Assembly: GCF_000196355.1 (NCBI RefSeq)
Contig: NC_007614.1
Coordinates: forward strand, 1,260,001-1,292,000
Source: Nitrosospira multiformis ATCC 25196
Lineage (GTDB): Bacteria; Pseudomonadota; Gammaproteobacteria; Burkholderiales; Nitrosomonadaceae
DNA length: 32,000 nucleotides
Direction: 5' to 3'
In this document: positions 20,908-30,077 of the stretch, one piece after another
Numbering within the stretch: position 1 is the stretch's first letter
How the letters are laid out: every line of letters begins with the position of its first letter
The notes under the pieces: generated by a model
Databases searched by the model: none
What the model was told of the DNA's origin: nothing
What the model saw: only the letters and a program-made list of their open reading frames with translations
Made by a program: the position numbers and the translations under genes

Positions 20908-22386
20908 ATGCATATATCACGTCTTTGCCGTATTTTGTCGACCCTGATTCTTGTTTCGCCACTCCCGCCGGCCTTGGCTCTGGAGCCTTCGACGATTCCT
21001 GCCATTACCCCGCCTCCGGCGCTTCCGCCAGCTATGGCGCCCGCCCCCGCGCCCCCTGTCATGCCTGCACCCCGGTCGCCGGCGCTGCCGCCGGCCACTG
21101 CACCCGGTCCAACCGTGCCCGGACCGGCAACGGGACGGGTACCCGGCTTGCTGGCTCCTGCCGCACCGGGTCCGACCATGCCAACGCCAACGACGCCACC
21201 TTCCCAAGTTCTCACCATTGAGGAGTTGCAGCGACTGGGATTGAGGGCCAATGGCCTGGTGCAGGCAGCCAATTTCCAAATAAAAGCTGCGGAAGCGGGT
21301 GTGGTGGGTGCTTCGGCTTACCCCAACCCGCAACTCACCTTCATGGCAGGCCCCCAGCATGCGCGGGTCGTGCCGCAGGCCTTGCCTGCAAACAGCCACC
21401 GTCAATTTACTATATCTCAGACGATCGAGAATCCGTTCCTGCGGAGCGCGCGCATCGACTCGGCAGAAGCAGGAGTGGATGCCAGTCATGCAGGCCTGGA
21501 GCAGGTGAGGGCCGATTTGGCGGCGCAACTGCGGGTTGCCGCCTATGAACTGATCCTGCGTCAGGAAGTGGCGCGAGTGGAGGCAAGCGTTTCCGATTTG
21601 ATGGAGGAAATACGTCGCCGCGTCAGGATGCGTGTCGATGTGGGGGAGGCGCCGCGCTTCGAACTGATCAGGGCCGAAACGGAAGTTCTGGCCGCAGCTT
21701 CGCGTAAGGAAGCGGCGCAGTTGAATGCGCAGAGGGCTCGCATAGCCCTGATTCAGCTTACCGCTGGTGCTTTGCAGCCTGATTTCCAGGTAACGGGGTC
21801 GCTGACAGAGTCCGTAAACCTTCCTCCTCTCGAAGAACTGCGCGAAACTGTGCCTGCAGTCAATCCCGAGGTGACGCGCCTGGAGGCCGAATGGAAGCGG
21901 GCCCGGCGGCGAATCGACCAGGAACGTGCGGCGGTGCTGCCATCGTTAACGGTATTGCTCAGCAATTTTCAGGAGGCGCAATACACCTCGAACCTGGCAG
22001 GCGTAAACGTAACCATCCCTTTGTTTTATCGGCGGCGTGGGGAGATCAACGCCGCTGTAGCGGATTCCGAGCGGGCGCGCGGGATACTGGAGTTTCGGCG
22101 CTTCGAAATAGGGCAGTTGCTTGAATCCGCCTGGCAGGCCAAGCAGATCGCCCAGCGCAGAGTGGACATGTTCGAAGGCGGATTGGTGAAGGAAGCGGAA
22201 AACGCTCTGGAAATTGCGCAGGCAGCCTATCGGTTTGGCGAACGGGGCCTGATCGAAGTGCTCGATACGCAGCGCGTGCTGCGCGGCGTGCTTTCGGATC
22301 TCCTGCAGGCGCGCTTCGATTTGCAGGCTGCGGTTACAGAGATCGATCGCCTGCGAGCCTATTATCCCAAGGAAGACCTCGAATGA
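20908..22386 (+). CDS. TolC/CzcC-family outer-membrane efflux factor with a long Pro-rich N-terminal spacer
   Basis: 492-aa ORF. It has a signal-peptide-like start (MHISRLCRILSTLILVSPLPPALA), then about 76 aa rich in P/A/T. A typical OMF follows from about residue 100 (LTIEELQRLGLRANGLVQAANFQIKAAEAGVVGASAYPNPQL...). The stop overlaps the adaptor start (ATGA at 22383-22386). Confidence 0.88.
   Translation: MHISRLCRILSTLILVSPLPPALALEPSTIPAITPPPALPPAMAPAPAPPVMPAPRSPALPPATAPGPTVPGPATGRVPGLLAPAAPGPTMPTPTTPPSQVLTIEELQRLGLRANGLVQAANFQIKAAEAGVVGASAYPNPQLTFMAGPQHARVVPQALPANSHRQFTISQTIENPFLRSARIDSAEAGVDASHAGLEQVRADLAAQLRVAAYELILRQEVARVEASVSDLMEEIRRRVRMRVDVGEAPRFELIRAETEVLAAASRKEAAQLNAQRARIALIQLTAGALQPDFQVTGSLTESVNLPPLEELRETVPAVNPEVTRLEAEWKRARRRIDQERAAVLPSLTVLLSNFQEAQYTSNLAGVNVTIPLFYRRRGEINAAVADSERARGILEFRRFEIGQLLESAWQAKQIAQRRVDMFEGGLVKEAENALEIAQAAYRFGERGLIEVLDTQRVLRGVLSDLLQARFDLQAAVTEIDRLRAYYPKEDLE
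20980..21207 (+). other. Low-complexity, very GC-rich Pro/Ala/Thr-coding segment inside the OMF gene
   Basis: Residues 25-100: LEPSTIPAITPPPALPPAMAPAPAPPVMPAPRSPALPPATAPGPTVPGPATGRVPGLLAPAAPGPTMPTPTTPPSQ. By my count 28 of 76 are Pro. An imperfect internal repeat is visible: APGPTVPGP / APGPTMPTP. Confidence 0.85.
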
Positions 22387-23534
22387 AAATCACCCTGCCG
22401 TTAATCGGCATCATGCTTGTATTGCTTATTGCTGGTTGCGGGGGCGGGAAGCCTGCAGACAAGGAGGAGACTGTCAAAGAAGAGCCGGAAAACCCGGATC
22501 TCGTCACGCTTGAGCCTGAAAAGACGCATCATGTCAAGGTTGGGGAACCCACCTTGATCAATATCGCCGACAAGCTGCAGGCGCCGAGCCAGGTCGAGGT
22601 GGATGAGCACAGGCTGGTCCGTGTCGGGGCCAACGTCACCGGCCGGATTATCGATGTGTACGCCATGCTGGGTGACAATGTCGAGGCGGGCGCCGAGCTC
22701 GCCCGTATTTCCAGTCCGGAGCTGACCCAGGCGCAACTGGCTTACCTGCGGGCATTCTCCCTTGAAACCCTGGCGGAAAAAGCAGCCGAGCGGGCGCGCC
22801 ACTTGCTCGCCGCGGATGTCATCAGCGTGGCGGAAATGCAGCGGCGCGAGTCTGAACTGCAGGTTTCACAGGCAGAACTGGGGGCGGCAGCAGATCAACT
22901 GCGCTTGCTGGGCATGGGCAGCAGAGCCATAAACAAGCTCGGAAAAGAGGGAACCATCATGCCGTCAGTAGCGATCAAGACCTCCAAGCCGGGCACCGTT
23001 ATCGAACGGAATGTAGCCATTGGACAGGTAGTCCAGCCCTCCGACCTGTTGTTTCAGGTTGCCGATCTTTCTTCCGTTTGGGTCGTGGGTGACGTACCGG
23101 AGCAGATTGCGCGCGATGTGCAGGTGGGCCAGCACGTGGAGATTCATGTTCCGGCGCTGGGAAATATCAGCTTCGACGGTTTGATCATCTTCGTCGCCGA
23201 TACCGTGAATCCGTTGACGAGGACTGTGATGGTGCGCACCGTTGTAGAAAACCCGCGGAGGAAGCTCAAGCCCGCCATGCTCGCGAGCATGCATATTCTG
23301 GACAACCCCGTTGAAAGTCTGGTGGTGCCGGAGACAGCGGTGGTGCGCGAAAACAATCAGGATTATGTATTTCTTGCCCAGGGCGACAACCGGTTCCTTC
23401 GCGTTCCTGTCGAACTGGGTGCAGAGGTAGGGGATATGCGCCCTGTGCTGAAAGGCCTTTCCATCGACCAGACCATCGTGGTCGACGGCGCATTTCACCT
23501 GGAAAACGAGCGCAAGCTCGCCGAACTGGAATAA
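22383..23534 (+). CDS. Efflux RND periplasmic adaptor (membrane-fusion protein, CzcB/HlyD family), lipoprotein
   Basis: 383-aa ORF with a lipobox (LLIAGC). MFP-type barrel-sandwich, hairpin and beta-barrel strings are present (VGANVTGRIIDVYAMLGDNVEAGAELARISSPEL, PGTVIERNVAIGQVV). It sits between the OMF and the RND pump. Confidence 0.9.
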   Translation: MKITLPLIGIMLVLLIAGCGGGKPADKEETVKEEPENPDLVTLEPEKTHHVKVGEPTLINIADKLQAPSQVEVDEHRLVRVGANVTGRIIDVYAMLGDNVEAGAELARISSPELTQAQLAYLRAFSLETLAEKAAERARHLLAADVISVAEMQRRESELQVSQAELGAAADQLRLLGMGSRAINKLGKEGTIMPSVAIKTSKPGTVIERNVAIGQVVQPSDLLFQVADLSSVWVVGDVPEQIARDVQVGQHVEIHVPALGNISFDGLIIFVADTVNPLTRTVMVRTVVENPRRKLKPAMLASMHILDNPVESLVVPETAVVRENNQDYVFLAQGDNRFLRVPVELGAEVGDMRPVLKGLSIDQTIVVDGAFHLENERKLAELE

Positions 23535-23537
23535 TCC

Positions 23538-26500
23538 ATGCTGGCATCAATCGTTCGCGTGATGCTCAAGCAACGCCTGATAGTGGTGGTCATCGCGCTG
23601 GGGCTGGTGGCTGCCGGCATGCACGCCTCAACCAAGCTGTCGGTAGATGCCTTTCCAGACGTGACCAACGTGCAGGTGCAGGTCGCCACCGAGGCGCCGG
23701 GCCGCAGCCCCGAAGAGATCGAGCGTATTGTCACCGTACCGGTGGAAATTGCAATGACCGGATTGCCCGGCCTGGTGGAAATGCGCTCTCTGAACAAGAG
23801 CGGAATATCGCTCATCACGTTGGTTTTCACCGATCAGACCGATGTCTATTTTGCGCGCCAGCTGGTAATGGAGCGGTTGCTGGAGGTTGCCAGCAAGATG
23901 CCTCCCGGTATTACCCCGGTACTTGGCCCTGTCACTACCGGCCTGGGGGAAGTCTATCAATATACCCTGGAGCATCCCGATGACGGCAAGAAAGCGCTTT
24001 CAGTGGAGGAGCTGACGCGGCGGCGCACCATACAGGACTGGGTAGTACGGCCGTTGTTGCGTTCGGTGCAGGGGGTGGCCGAAATCAATTCGCAGGGGGG
24101 TTACGTCAAGCAATATCATGTGCTGGTCAATCCTGATCGCCTGCGTCACTACGATCTGACCTTGGCGCAGGTGGATCAGGCGATCGCGAGCAATAACGCC
24201 AACTCGAGCGGCAATCTATTGCCCCTGCATGCCGAGCAGTACCTGATCAGGGGTGTCGGACTGATCCAGTCTTTGGATGACATCAGAAACATTGTTCTGA
24301 AAGAAGTCGACGGCGTCCCCGTGTTCGTACGGGATGTCGCCGAGGTGAAATTCGGGGCGGAAGTGCGGCAGGGCGCGAGCATCAAGGGCGGATATACCGA
24401 GTCCGTCGCGGCTATTGTGATGATGCTGCGGGGTGGGAATGCGAAGGAAATTGTCGGGCGGATAAAGGCAAAGGTTGCCGAAATCAATGATCGCAAGCTG
24501 CTGCCGGGGGGTCTCCAGATCGTTCCATTCTATGATCGTACCGACCTCGTGGATGCTGCATTGTGGACGGTCAGCAAAGTGCTGATGGAAGGCATTTTTC
24601 TGGTTGTGGTCGTATTGTTCATATTTCTGGGGGATGTCCGTTCCAGTCTGATCGTCGTGGCGACGCTGATCATCACACCGCTGATCACCTTTATGGTGAT
24701 GAACCAGCAGGAGATTTCCGCCAACCTGATGTCGCTCGGAGGGCTTGCCATCGCCATTGGTTTGATGGTCGATTCCACCGTGGTAGTGGTGGAAAATGTC
24801 TATCATCGCCTTGGCCATGCGAGCGGCACCCGGGAGTCGAAGCTGCAGAGCATCCTCGATGCCGTCGTCGAGGTGGGAACGCCGGTGATTTTCGGTATTT
24901 GCATCATCATTCTGGTGTTTCTTCCGCTTATGGCGTTGCAGGGCATGGAGGGCAAGATGTTCAGTCCGCTTGCACTCACCATCGCCATTGCATTGGCTGT
25001 ATCGCTGATCGTATCATTGACGCTTTCACCCGTGCTCTGTGCCTACATTCTCAAGGGTGGCGCCGATAAAGACACGCGGATCATAGCCTTCCTCAAGAAG
25101 GCCTATCATCGGTTGCTGAATTCTGCCTTGGCGCACGAGAAAATAACGATCCTCACTGCCATCGGCCTGCTCGCATTATCGTTTTCTTTGTTCCCGCTCC
25201 TCGGTAAATCCTTCATCCCGACCATGCAGGAGGGTTCCATTACGCCTGTCATCATCCGTGTCCCCTCAATATCGCTGGATGAAGCTATCGAGATCGAATC
25301 GGAGGCAATGGCGTTGATTGCGGCAGTGCCGGGTGTCAAGACCGTTGTATCTAAGCTTGGCCGGGGAGAGTCTCCCGCTGACCCCGCCTCGCAGAACGAG
25401 TCTGATCCCATTGCTGCACTGGATCCGGAATCCGGGCGAACCCAGGCGGAAGTCGAGGAGGACATTCGCAAGGTTCTGACGGTCTTACCCGGTGTATCCA
25501 TCGTCTTGTCTCAACCTATCGCACAACGTGTTGACGAGATGGTGACCGGTGTACGCTCGGAGGTTGCCCTCAAAATTTTTGGCGATGATCTGGAAAAGTT
25601 GCGCGAATTGTCTGAACAGGTAGCACGCATTCTGAAGTCTGTACGGGGTGCGCGTGATCTTCGCATCGAGCGCTTATCGGGACAGCAATCCCTGACCATC
25701 GATATCGACCGGTACGCGATCGCTCGTCACGGCCTCAATGTTGCCGATGTGAATGAACTGATCCAGACGGCCATCGGGGGAAAGGCGGTGACGACCGTAT
25801 TCGAGCGTGAACGACGCATAGCGCTTGTTCTGCGCTTTCCGGAGCGGTTTCGCGATGACGTGGAGTCGATTCGTGATCTTCTTCTGCGGCGGGCTGGCGT
25901 ACGTGGCGCGAACGGCGCCTTGGCAAATGGAGGCATCCTGGTACCGCTAAGCGCCGTTGCGGATATTCGTATTGTCGATGGGCCGGCACAGGTATCCCGT
26001 GAATATGCGAAACGGCGGGTGGTGGTAGGGGTTAATGTGCATGAACGCGATCTCGGAGGCTTTGTTGAAGAAGTGCAGCAGCGCATCGCGAAGGAAGTGC
26101 AACTGCCGACAGGCTATTACTTTGTCTGGGGTGGCCAGTTCGAGAACATGGAACGCGCGATGGAAACACTTTCGATAATAGTCCCGCTTACCATCGCTGC
26201 GATTTTCTTCCTGCTGTTTGTGCTGTTCAATTCGATCAAACTCGCCGGACTCATCATCCTCGTGCTGCCATTTGCGTCCATCGGCGGCGTCATAGGACTT
26301 TTTGTCACTGGCGAATATCTTTCAGTGCCGGCCTCCGTAGGTTTTATCGCGTTGTGGGGTATTGCAGTGCTGAATGGGGTCGTGCTGATTTCCTATATCC
26401 GGAAACTGCGCGAACAGGGAGCAAGCGTTGCGGAATCGGTTATCAAGGGCTGTGAGCAACGCTTCCGCCCAGTTTTGATGACAGCAACAGTTGCGATGCT

Positions 26501-26660
26501 TGGCTTGATACCGTTTCTCTTCGCGACCGGTCCGGGTTCGGAAGTGCAGCGTCCCCTCGCCGTGGTAGTCATCGGTGGATTGATCACTTCAACCCTGCTG
26601 ACACTGGTAGTATTGCCGACGTTATACCGCTGGTTCGACGAAAAGCCGGTAGAAATCTGA
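23538..26660 (+). CDS. CusA/CzcA-family (heavy-metal-type) RND efflux pump, inner-membrane subunit
   Basis: 1040-aa ORF starting 3 nt after the adaptor stop. It has the RND 12-TM layout with two large periplasmic loops. Family strings: GEVYQYTL, INSQGGYVKQYHV, IVPFYDRTDLV. The TM4 motif is AIGLMVDSTVVVVEN (24753-24797). Confidence 0.92.
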   Translation: MLASIVRVMLKQRLIVVVIALGLVAAGMHASTKLSVDAFPDVTNVQVQVATEAPGRSPEEIERIVTVPVEIAMTGLPGLVEMRSLNKSGISLITLVFTDQTDVYFARQLVMERLLEVASKMPPGITPVLGPVTTGLGEVYQYTLEHPDDGKKALSVEELTRRRTIQDWVVRPLLRSVQGVAEINSQGGYVKQYHVLVNPDRLRHYDLTLAQVDQAIASNNANSSGNLLPLHAEQYLIRGVGLIQSLDDIRNIVLKEVDGVPVFVRDVAEVKFGAEVRQGASIKGGYTESVAAIVMMLRGGNAKEIVGRIKAKVAEINDRKLLPGGLQIVPFYDRTDLVDAALWTVSKVLMEGIFLVVVVLFIFLGDVRSSLIVVATLIITPLITFMVMNQQEISANLMSLGGLAIAIGLMVDSTVVVVENVYHRLGHASGTRESKLQSILDAVVEVGTPVIFGICIIILVFLPLMALQGMEGKMFSPLALTIAIALAVSLIVSLTLSPVLCAYILKGGADKDTRIIAFLKKAYHRLLNSALAHEKITILTAIGLLALSFSLFPLLGKSFIPTMQEGSITPVIIRVPSISLDEAIEIESEAMALIAAVPGVKTVVSKLGRGESPADPASQNESDPIAALDPESGRTQAEVEEDIRKVLTVLPGVSIVLSQPIAQRVDEMVTGVRSEVALKIFGDDLEKLRELSEQVARILKSVRGARDLRIERLSGQQSLTIDIDRYAIARHGLNVADVNELIQTAIGGKAVTTVFERERRIALVLRFPERFRDDVESIRDLLLRRAGVRGANGALANGGILVPLSAVADIRIVDGPAQVSREYAKRRVVVGVNVHERDLGGFVEEVQQRIAKEVQLPTGYYFVWGGQFENMERAMETLSIIVPLTIAAIFFLLFVLFNSIKLAGLIILVLPFASIGGVIGLFVTGEYLSVPASVGFIALWGIAVLNGVVLISYIRKLREQGASVAESVIKGCEQRFRPVLMTATVAMLGLIPFLFATGPGSEVQRPLAVVVIGGLITSTLLTLVVLPTLYRWFDEKPVEI

Positions 26661-26672
26661 GGAGGAATCAAG

Positions 26673-27052
26673 ATGAAGGAAATTCGTGCGATATGCTGCC
26701 CGGAGCGGCTGCATGAATTGCGGCGGGGATTGCGCGCTATTCCAGGCTTTCCCGGCTTGACAGTGCTTGAAGCAAAGGGACTCTCCGCTCCTGCGCTCAT
26801 CGACAATCCCACCCTGAGGGAGGCACGCACTCACTGATTTCGCCGGAAAAGTCATGCCTTGCACCCTTGTTGCTGATCACCATGGTCGACAGCATTACCG
26901 ACGTTATCATGCGTGAAGGCCGTACCGGCAAGATCGGCGAGGGCCTTATCTGGGTCCTGCCAATTGAATCCGCTCGCTGTATCGCGATGGAAGCAATCTC
27001 TGAGATAGCCTCCTATGTCATGTTAATGCCGTCGAGAGTATCGAATTTTTGA
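26673..27052 (+). pseudogene. P-II (GlnB-like) family gene linked to the RND pump, disrupted by two frameshifts
   Basis: GAGGAGG then ATG at 26673 gives MKEIRAICCPERLHELRRGLRAIPGFPGLTVLEAKGLSAPALIDNPTLREARTH, with a stop at 26835-26837. The similarity continues in the +1 frame (LTDFAGKVMPCTLVADHH, from 26830) and again in the next frame (MVDSITDVIMREGRTGKIGEGLIWVLPIESARCI, from 26882). Together these align colinearly with canonical GlnB. Confidence 0.75.
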
Positions 27053-27105
27053 AACCCGGCAGCGCGCTACTCAAGGTAAAATAGCGCAGAAAATTTCCTC
27101 AATAA

Positions 27106-27990
<885 letters not shown>

Positions 27991-28231
27991 TTTACTGCTT
28001 CATGGCAAATCCGGGAGGCAAACTGTTACCCCTGGCAAATATTTCGTCCAGATCCTTATGGATTCCCTTTGAGGAGGGAGTTGCCGGACGTTTCTGGGAA
28101 GGAGTGGATCTTTGACGGCGATATCAGATATCGTTTTTACAATCTCATCTCACGCACTGCAGCCCATCCATGTCGCGCGGTAGTTATAATAGGTGGCAGA
28201 GCTTGAAATTCGGTATTGAAGCGAGGAATCA

Positions 28232-28834
28232 ATGACGGGCAGGCCTGGGGAAAGAAAAGATCAGATTCTGCAGGTTCTGGCAGAGATGCTGGAAGAGCCT
28301 AGGGCAGGTAAAATTACCACGGCGGCTCTGGCGGCTAAGCTGGATGTTTCCGAGGCTGCGCTTTACCGTCATTTCGCCAGCAAAGCACAAATGTTTGACA
28401 GTTTGATCGAGTTCATAGAAAAGACCCTGTTCACTTTCATCAATAAGATGGTAGCGGAAGAAAAAAGCGGCATCAGGCAGATCGAAGGCATTCTTGCTCT
28501 ATTGCTTGGTTTTGCAAAGAAAAATCCTGGAATGACCAGAGTGTTGATTGGGGATGCTTTGATAAACGAGAATGAGCGTTTGCAAAATCGCGTCACCCAA
28601 CTGCACGACCGTCTGGAGGCAACGCTCAAGCAGGCATTACGTTTTGCAGTAAGCCAGCGGGAAATAGTAGAGGATCTGGACGTATCCGCTCACGCAAATA
28701 TGCTGCTATGTTATGTTGTGGGCCGTTGGCACCAGTTTGCCAAAAGCGGTTTCAAACGCGATCCGATGGAATATTGGGAAGCACAGTTTAGAGAAATAGT
28801 TTCCAGCAATTCCTTCGGGCAGGTGGTTTCGTAG
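28232..28834 (+). CDS. slmA: Nucleoid occlusion factor SlmA (TetR family)
   Basis: 200-aa ORF. [40 protein letters not shown] matches E. coli SlmA [52 protein letters not shown] is also present. Confidence 0.9.
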   Translation: [200 protein letters not shown]

Positions 28835-28847
28835 CAATGCTGTATTG

Positions 28848-28880
28848 GGAGGATTGCAATCCTTCTTCTGCCTTTTCTTC
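28848..28880 (+). terminator. Likely rho-independent terminator of slmA
   Basis: A 7-bp stem GGAGGAT/ATCCTTC (one G-U pair) with loop TGCA spans 28848-28865, starting 14 nt after the stop. It is followed by the T-rich TTCTGCCTTTTCTTC. Confidence 0.45.
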
Positions 28881-29067
28881 GAGGAGCAATGCTTCCTCAT
28901 TACGCCATCGCAATATATTGCACCAAAACACTGTAGTTGTAGGTGAGTAAGCCGCTTTGGCTTTTCAAGACTGTGTCTTCGGTGGAAACCTTGCCTTTTC
29001 CGAAGCCCCACAGCACTGTTTAAATCGGTGCGAAAGGGGTGCCTGGTGAAACCGCCGGGAGGGGTAT

Positions 29068-29103
29068 GCGCTGGGTTCCTCGGCCCCCTCGGAACGCAAG
29101 CGC
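29068..29103 (-). terminator. Hairpin abutting the moeB stop codon (possible terminator, no U-tract)
   Basis: GTTCC (29075-29079) pairs with GGAAC (29091-29095) around an 11-nt loop. An outer GCGC (29068-29071) / GCGC (29100-29103) pairing is also possible. Confidence 0.25.
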
Positions 29104-29855
29104 TACGCTGGGTTTCCGCAAACCTCGCACCCTGGATCCTTTCTCAGTTCGGATGATTTCCATTTCATGGCAAGACCGTCCAGCGTAAGCAGGCGGCCGT
29201 TCAAGGTTTGGCCGGCGTTGGTGAGAATTTTTAGTGTTTCTGCAGCCTGCATGCAGCCAATGATTCCTACCAGCGGTGCAAGCACGCCCATCACCCCGCA
29301 GCGCATGTCCTGATCTTCCCCGCCTGCTGGAAACAAGCAGTGATAGCATGGATTGTCTGGGTGCCTGAGATCGAATACCGCGATTTGCCCCTCAAAACGC
29401 ACGGCTGCACCTGATACGAGCGGCTTGCGGAGAAGGACACAAGAATGGTTGATAGCATAACGGGTGGAAAAGTTATCGCTTGCGTCCACGACCACGTCGG
29501 CGTCTCCGACCAGTTGCAGCAATCTTTTTTCATCCATACGCTCGTCGAGTTCGATCACTTCGACTTCAGGGTTGATTTTCGCAAGAGTTTTTCTGGCAGA
29601 GTGTGTTTTTGGTGCGCCAATGTCGTCTGTACCGTGAATGATCTGGCGCTGGAGGTTGGTCAGGTCAACCCTGTCATTGTCACAGATAGTGAGCGTGCCG
29701 ACTCCGCTCGAGGCAAGGTACATGCTGGCAGGAGAGCCGAGTCCTCCCGCCCCGACTACCAGTACATGCGACCGGATCAAGGCTTCCTGCCCCTGTATTC
29801 CTATCTCCGGCAACAGGATGTGACGGCTGTAACGCAGCAACTGATCGTCATTCAT
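29103..29855 (-). CDS. moeB: Molybdopterin-synthase adenylyltransferase MoeB (ThiF/MoeB/HesA family)
   Basis: The ATG at 29855 gives 250 aa (MNDDQLLRYSRHILLPEIGIQGQEAL...), colinear with E. coli MoeB (249 aa). It has the Rossmann motif VVGAGGLGS and the Zn-Cys pairs CYHCLF and PGCEVCG. The track ORF extends to 29960, adding 35 aa with no counterpart in MoeB. Confidence 0.9.
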   Translation of the reverse strand: MNDDQLLRYSRHILLPEIGIQGQEALIRSHVLVVGAGGLGSPASMYLASSGVGTLTICDNDRVDLTNLQRQIIHGTDDIGAPKTHSARKTLAKINPEVEVIELDERMDEKRLLQLVGDADVVVDASDNFSTRYAINHSCVLLRKPLVSGAAVRFEGQIAVFDLRHPDNPCYHCLFPAGGEDQDMRCGVMGVLAPLVGIIGCMQAAETLKILTNAGQTLNGRLLTLDGLAMKWKSSELRKDPGCEVCGNPA

Positions 29856-30077
29856 TTGGAAAATGTTTCGCTGCAGTCCGCGAGTGAGAGTGATACGGAC
29901 ATCGTCCTTTTTCAGAAGAAGGGCATAGGGAACATCGCGGATGCGTGGCAACCAATGCATGGGCTACCGATGTGAACTTCCCTGGATGAGGATAAAAGCG
30001 GGAACGCAACAAGCGAGGGGGATATTAAGCGAAGCGTGCTCGACTAATGCACGACATTTGTGAATTTGGCAGGGATG

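Noticed and set aside
20748-21528. Several long ORFs overlap the 5' part of the OMF gene: 20748-21272 (-), 20917-21528 (-), 20925-21221 (+) and 20951-21244 (+). One of them is a Gly-rich 174-aa minus-strand product.
   Set aside because: They are mirror or shifted readings of the GC-rich Pro/Ala-coding tract, which is poor in stop codons in all frames. Only the 20908 frame continues into a recognisable OMF domain with a signal peptide.
26867-27052. The 61-aa track ORF treated as a stand-alone small gene.
   Set aside because: Its sequence is the C-terminal half of a P-II fold (TGKIGEGLIWV...), colinear with the upstream fragments in other frames. It is better interpreted as part of one frameshifted gene.
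29030-29065. Cobalamin or Moco-riboswitch-like string GGTGCCTGGTGAAACCGCCGGGAGG near moeB.
   Set aside because: It lies downstream of both flanking genes (a convergent spacer), not in a 5' UTR. I could not find the B12 box or the other conserved Moco or cobalamin elements.
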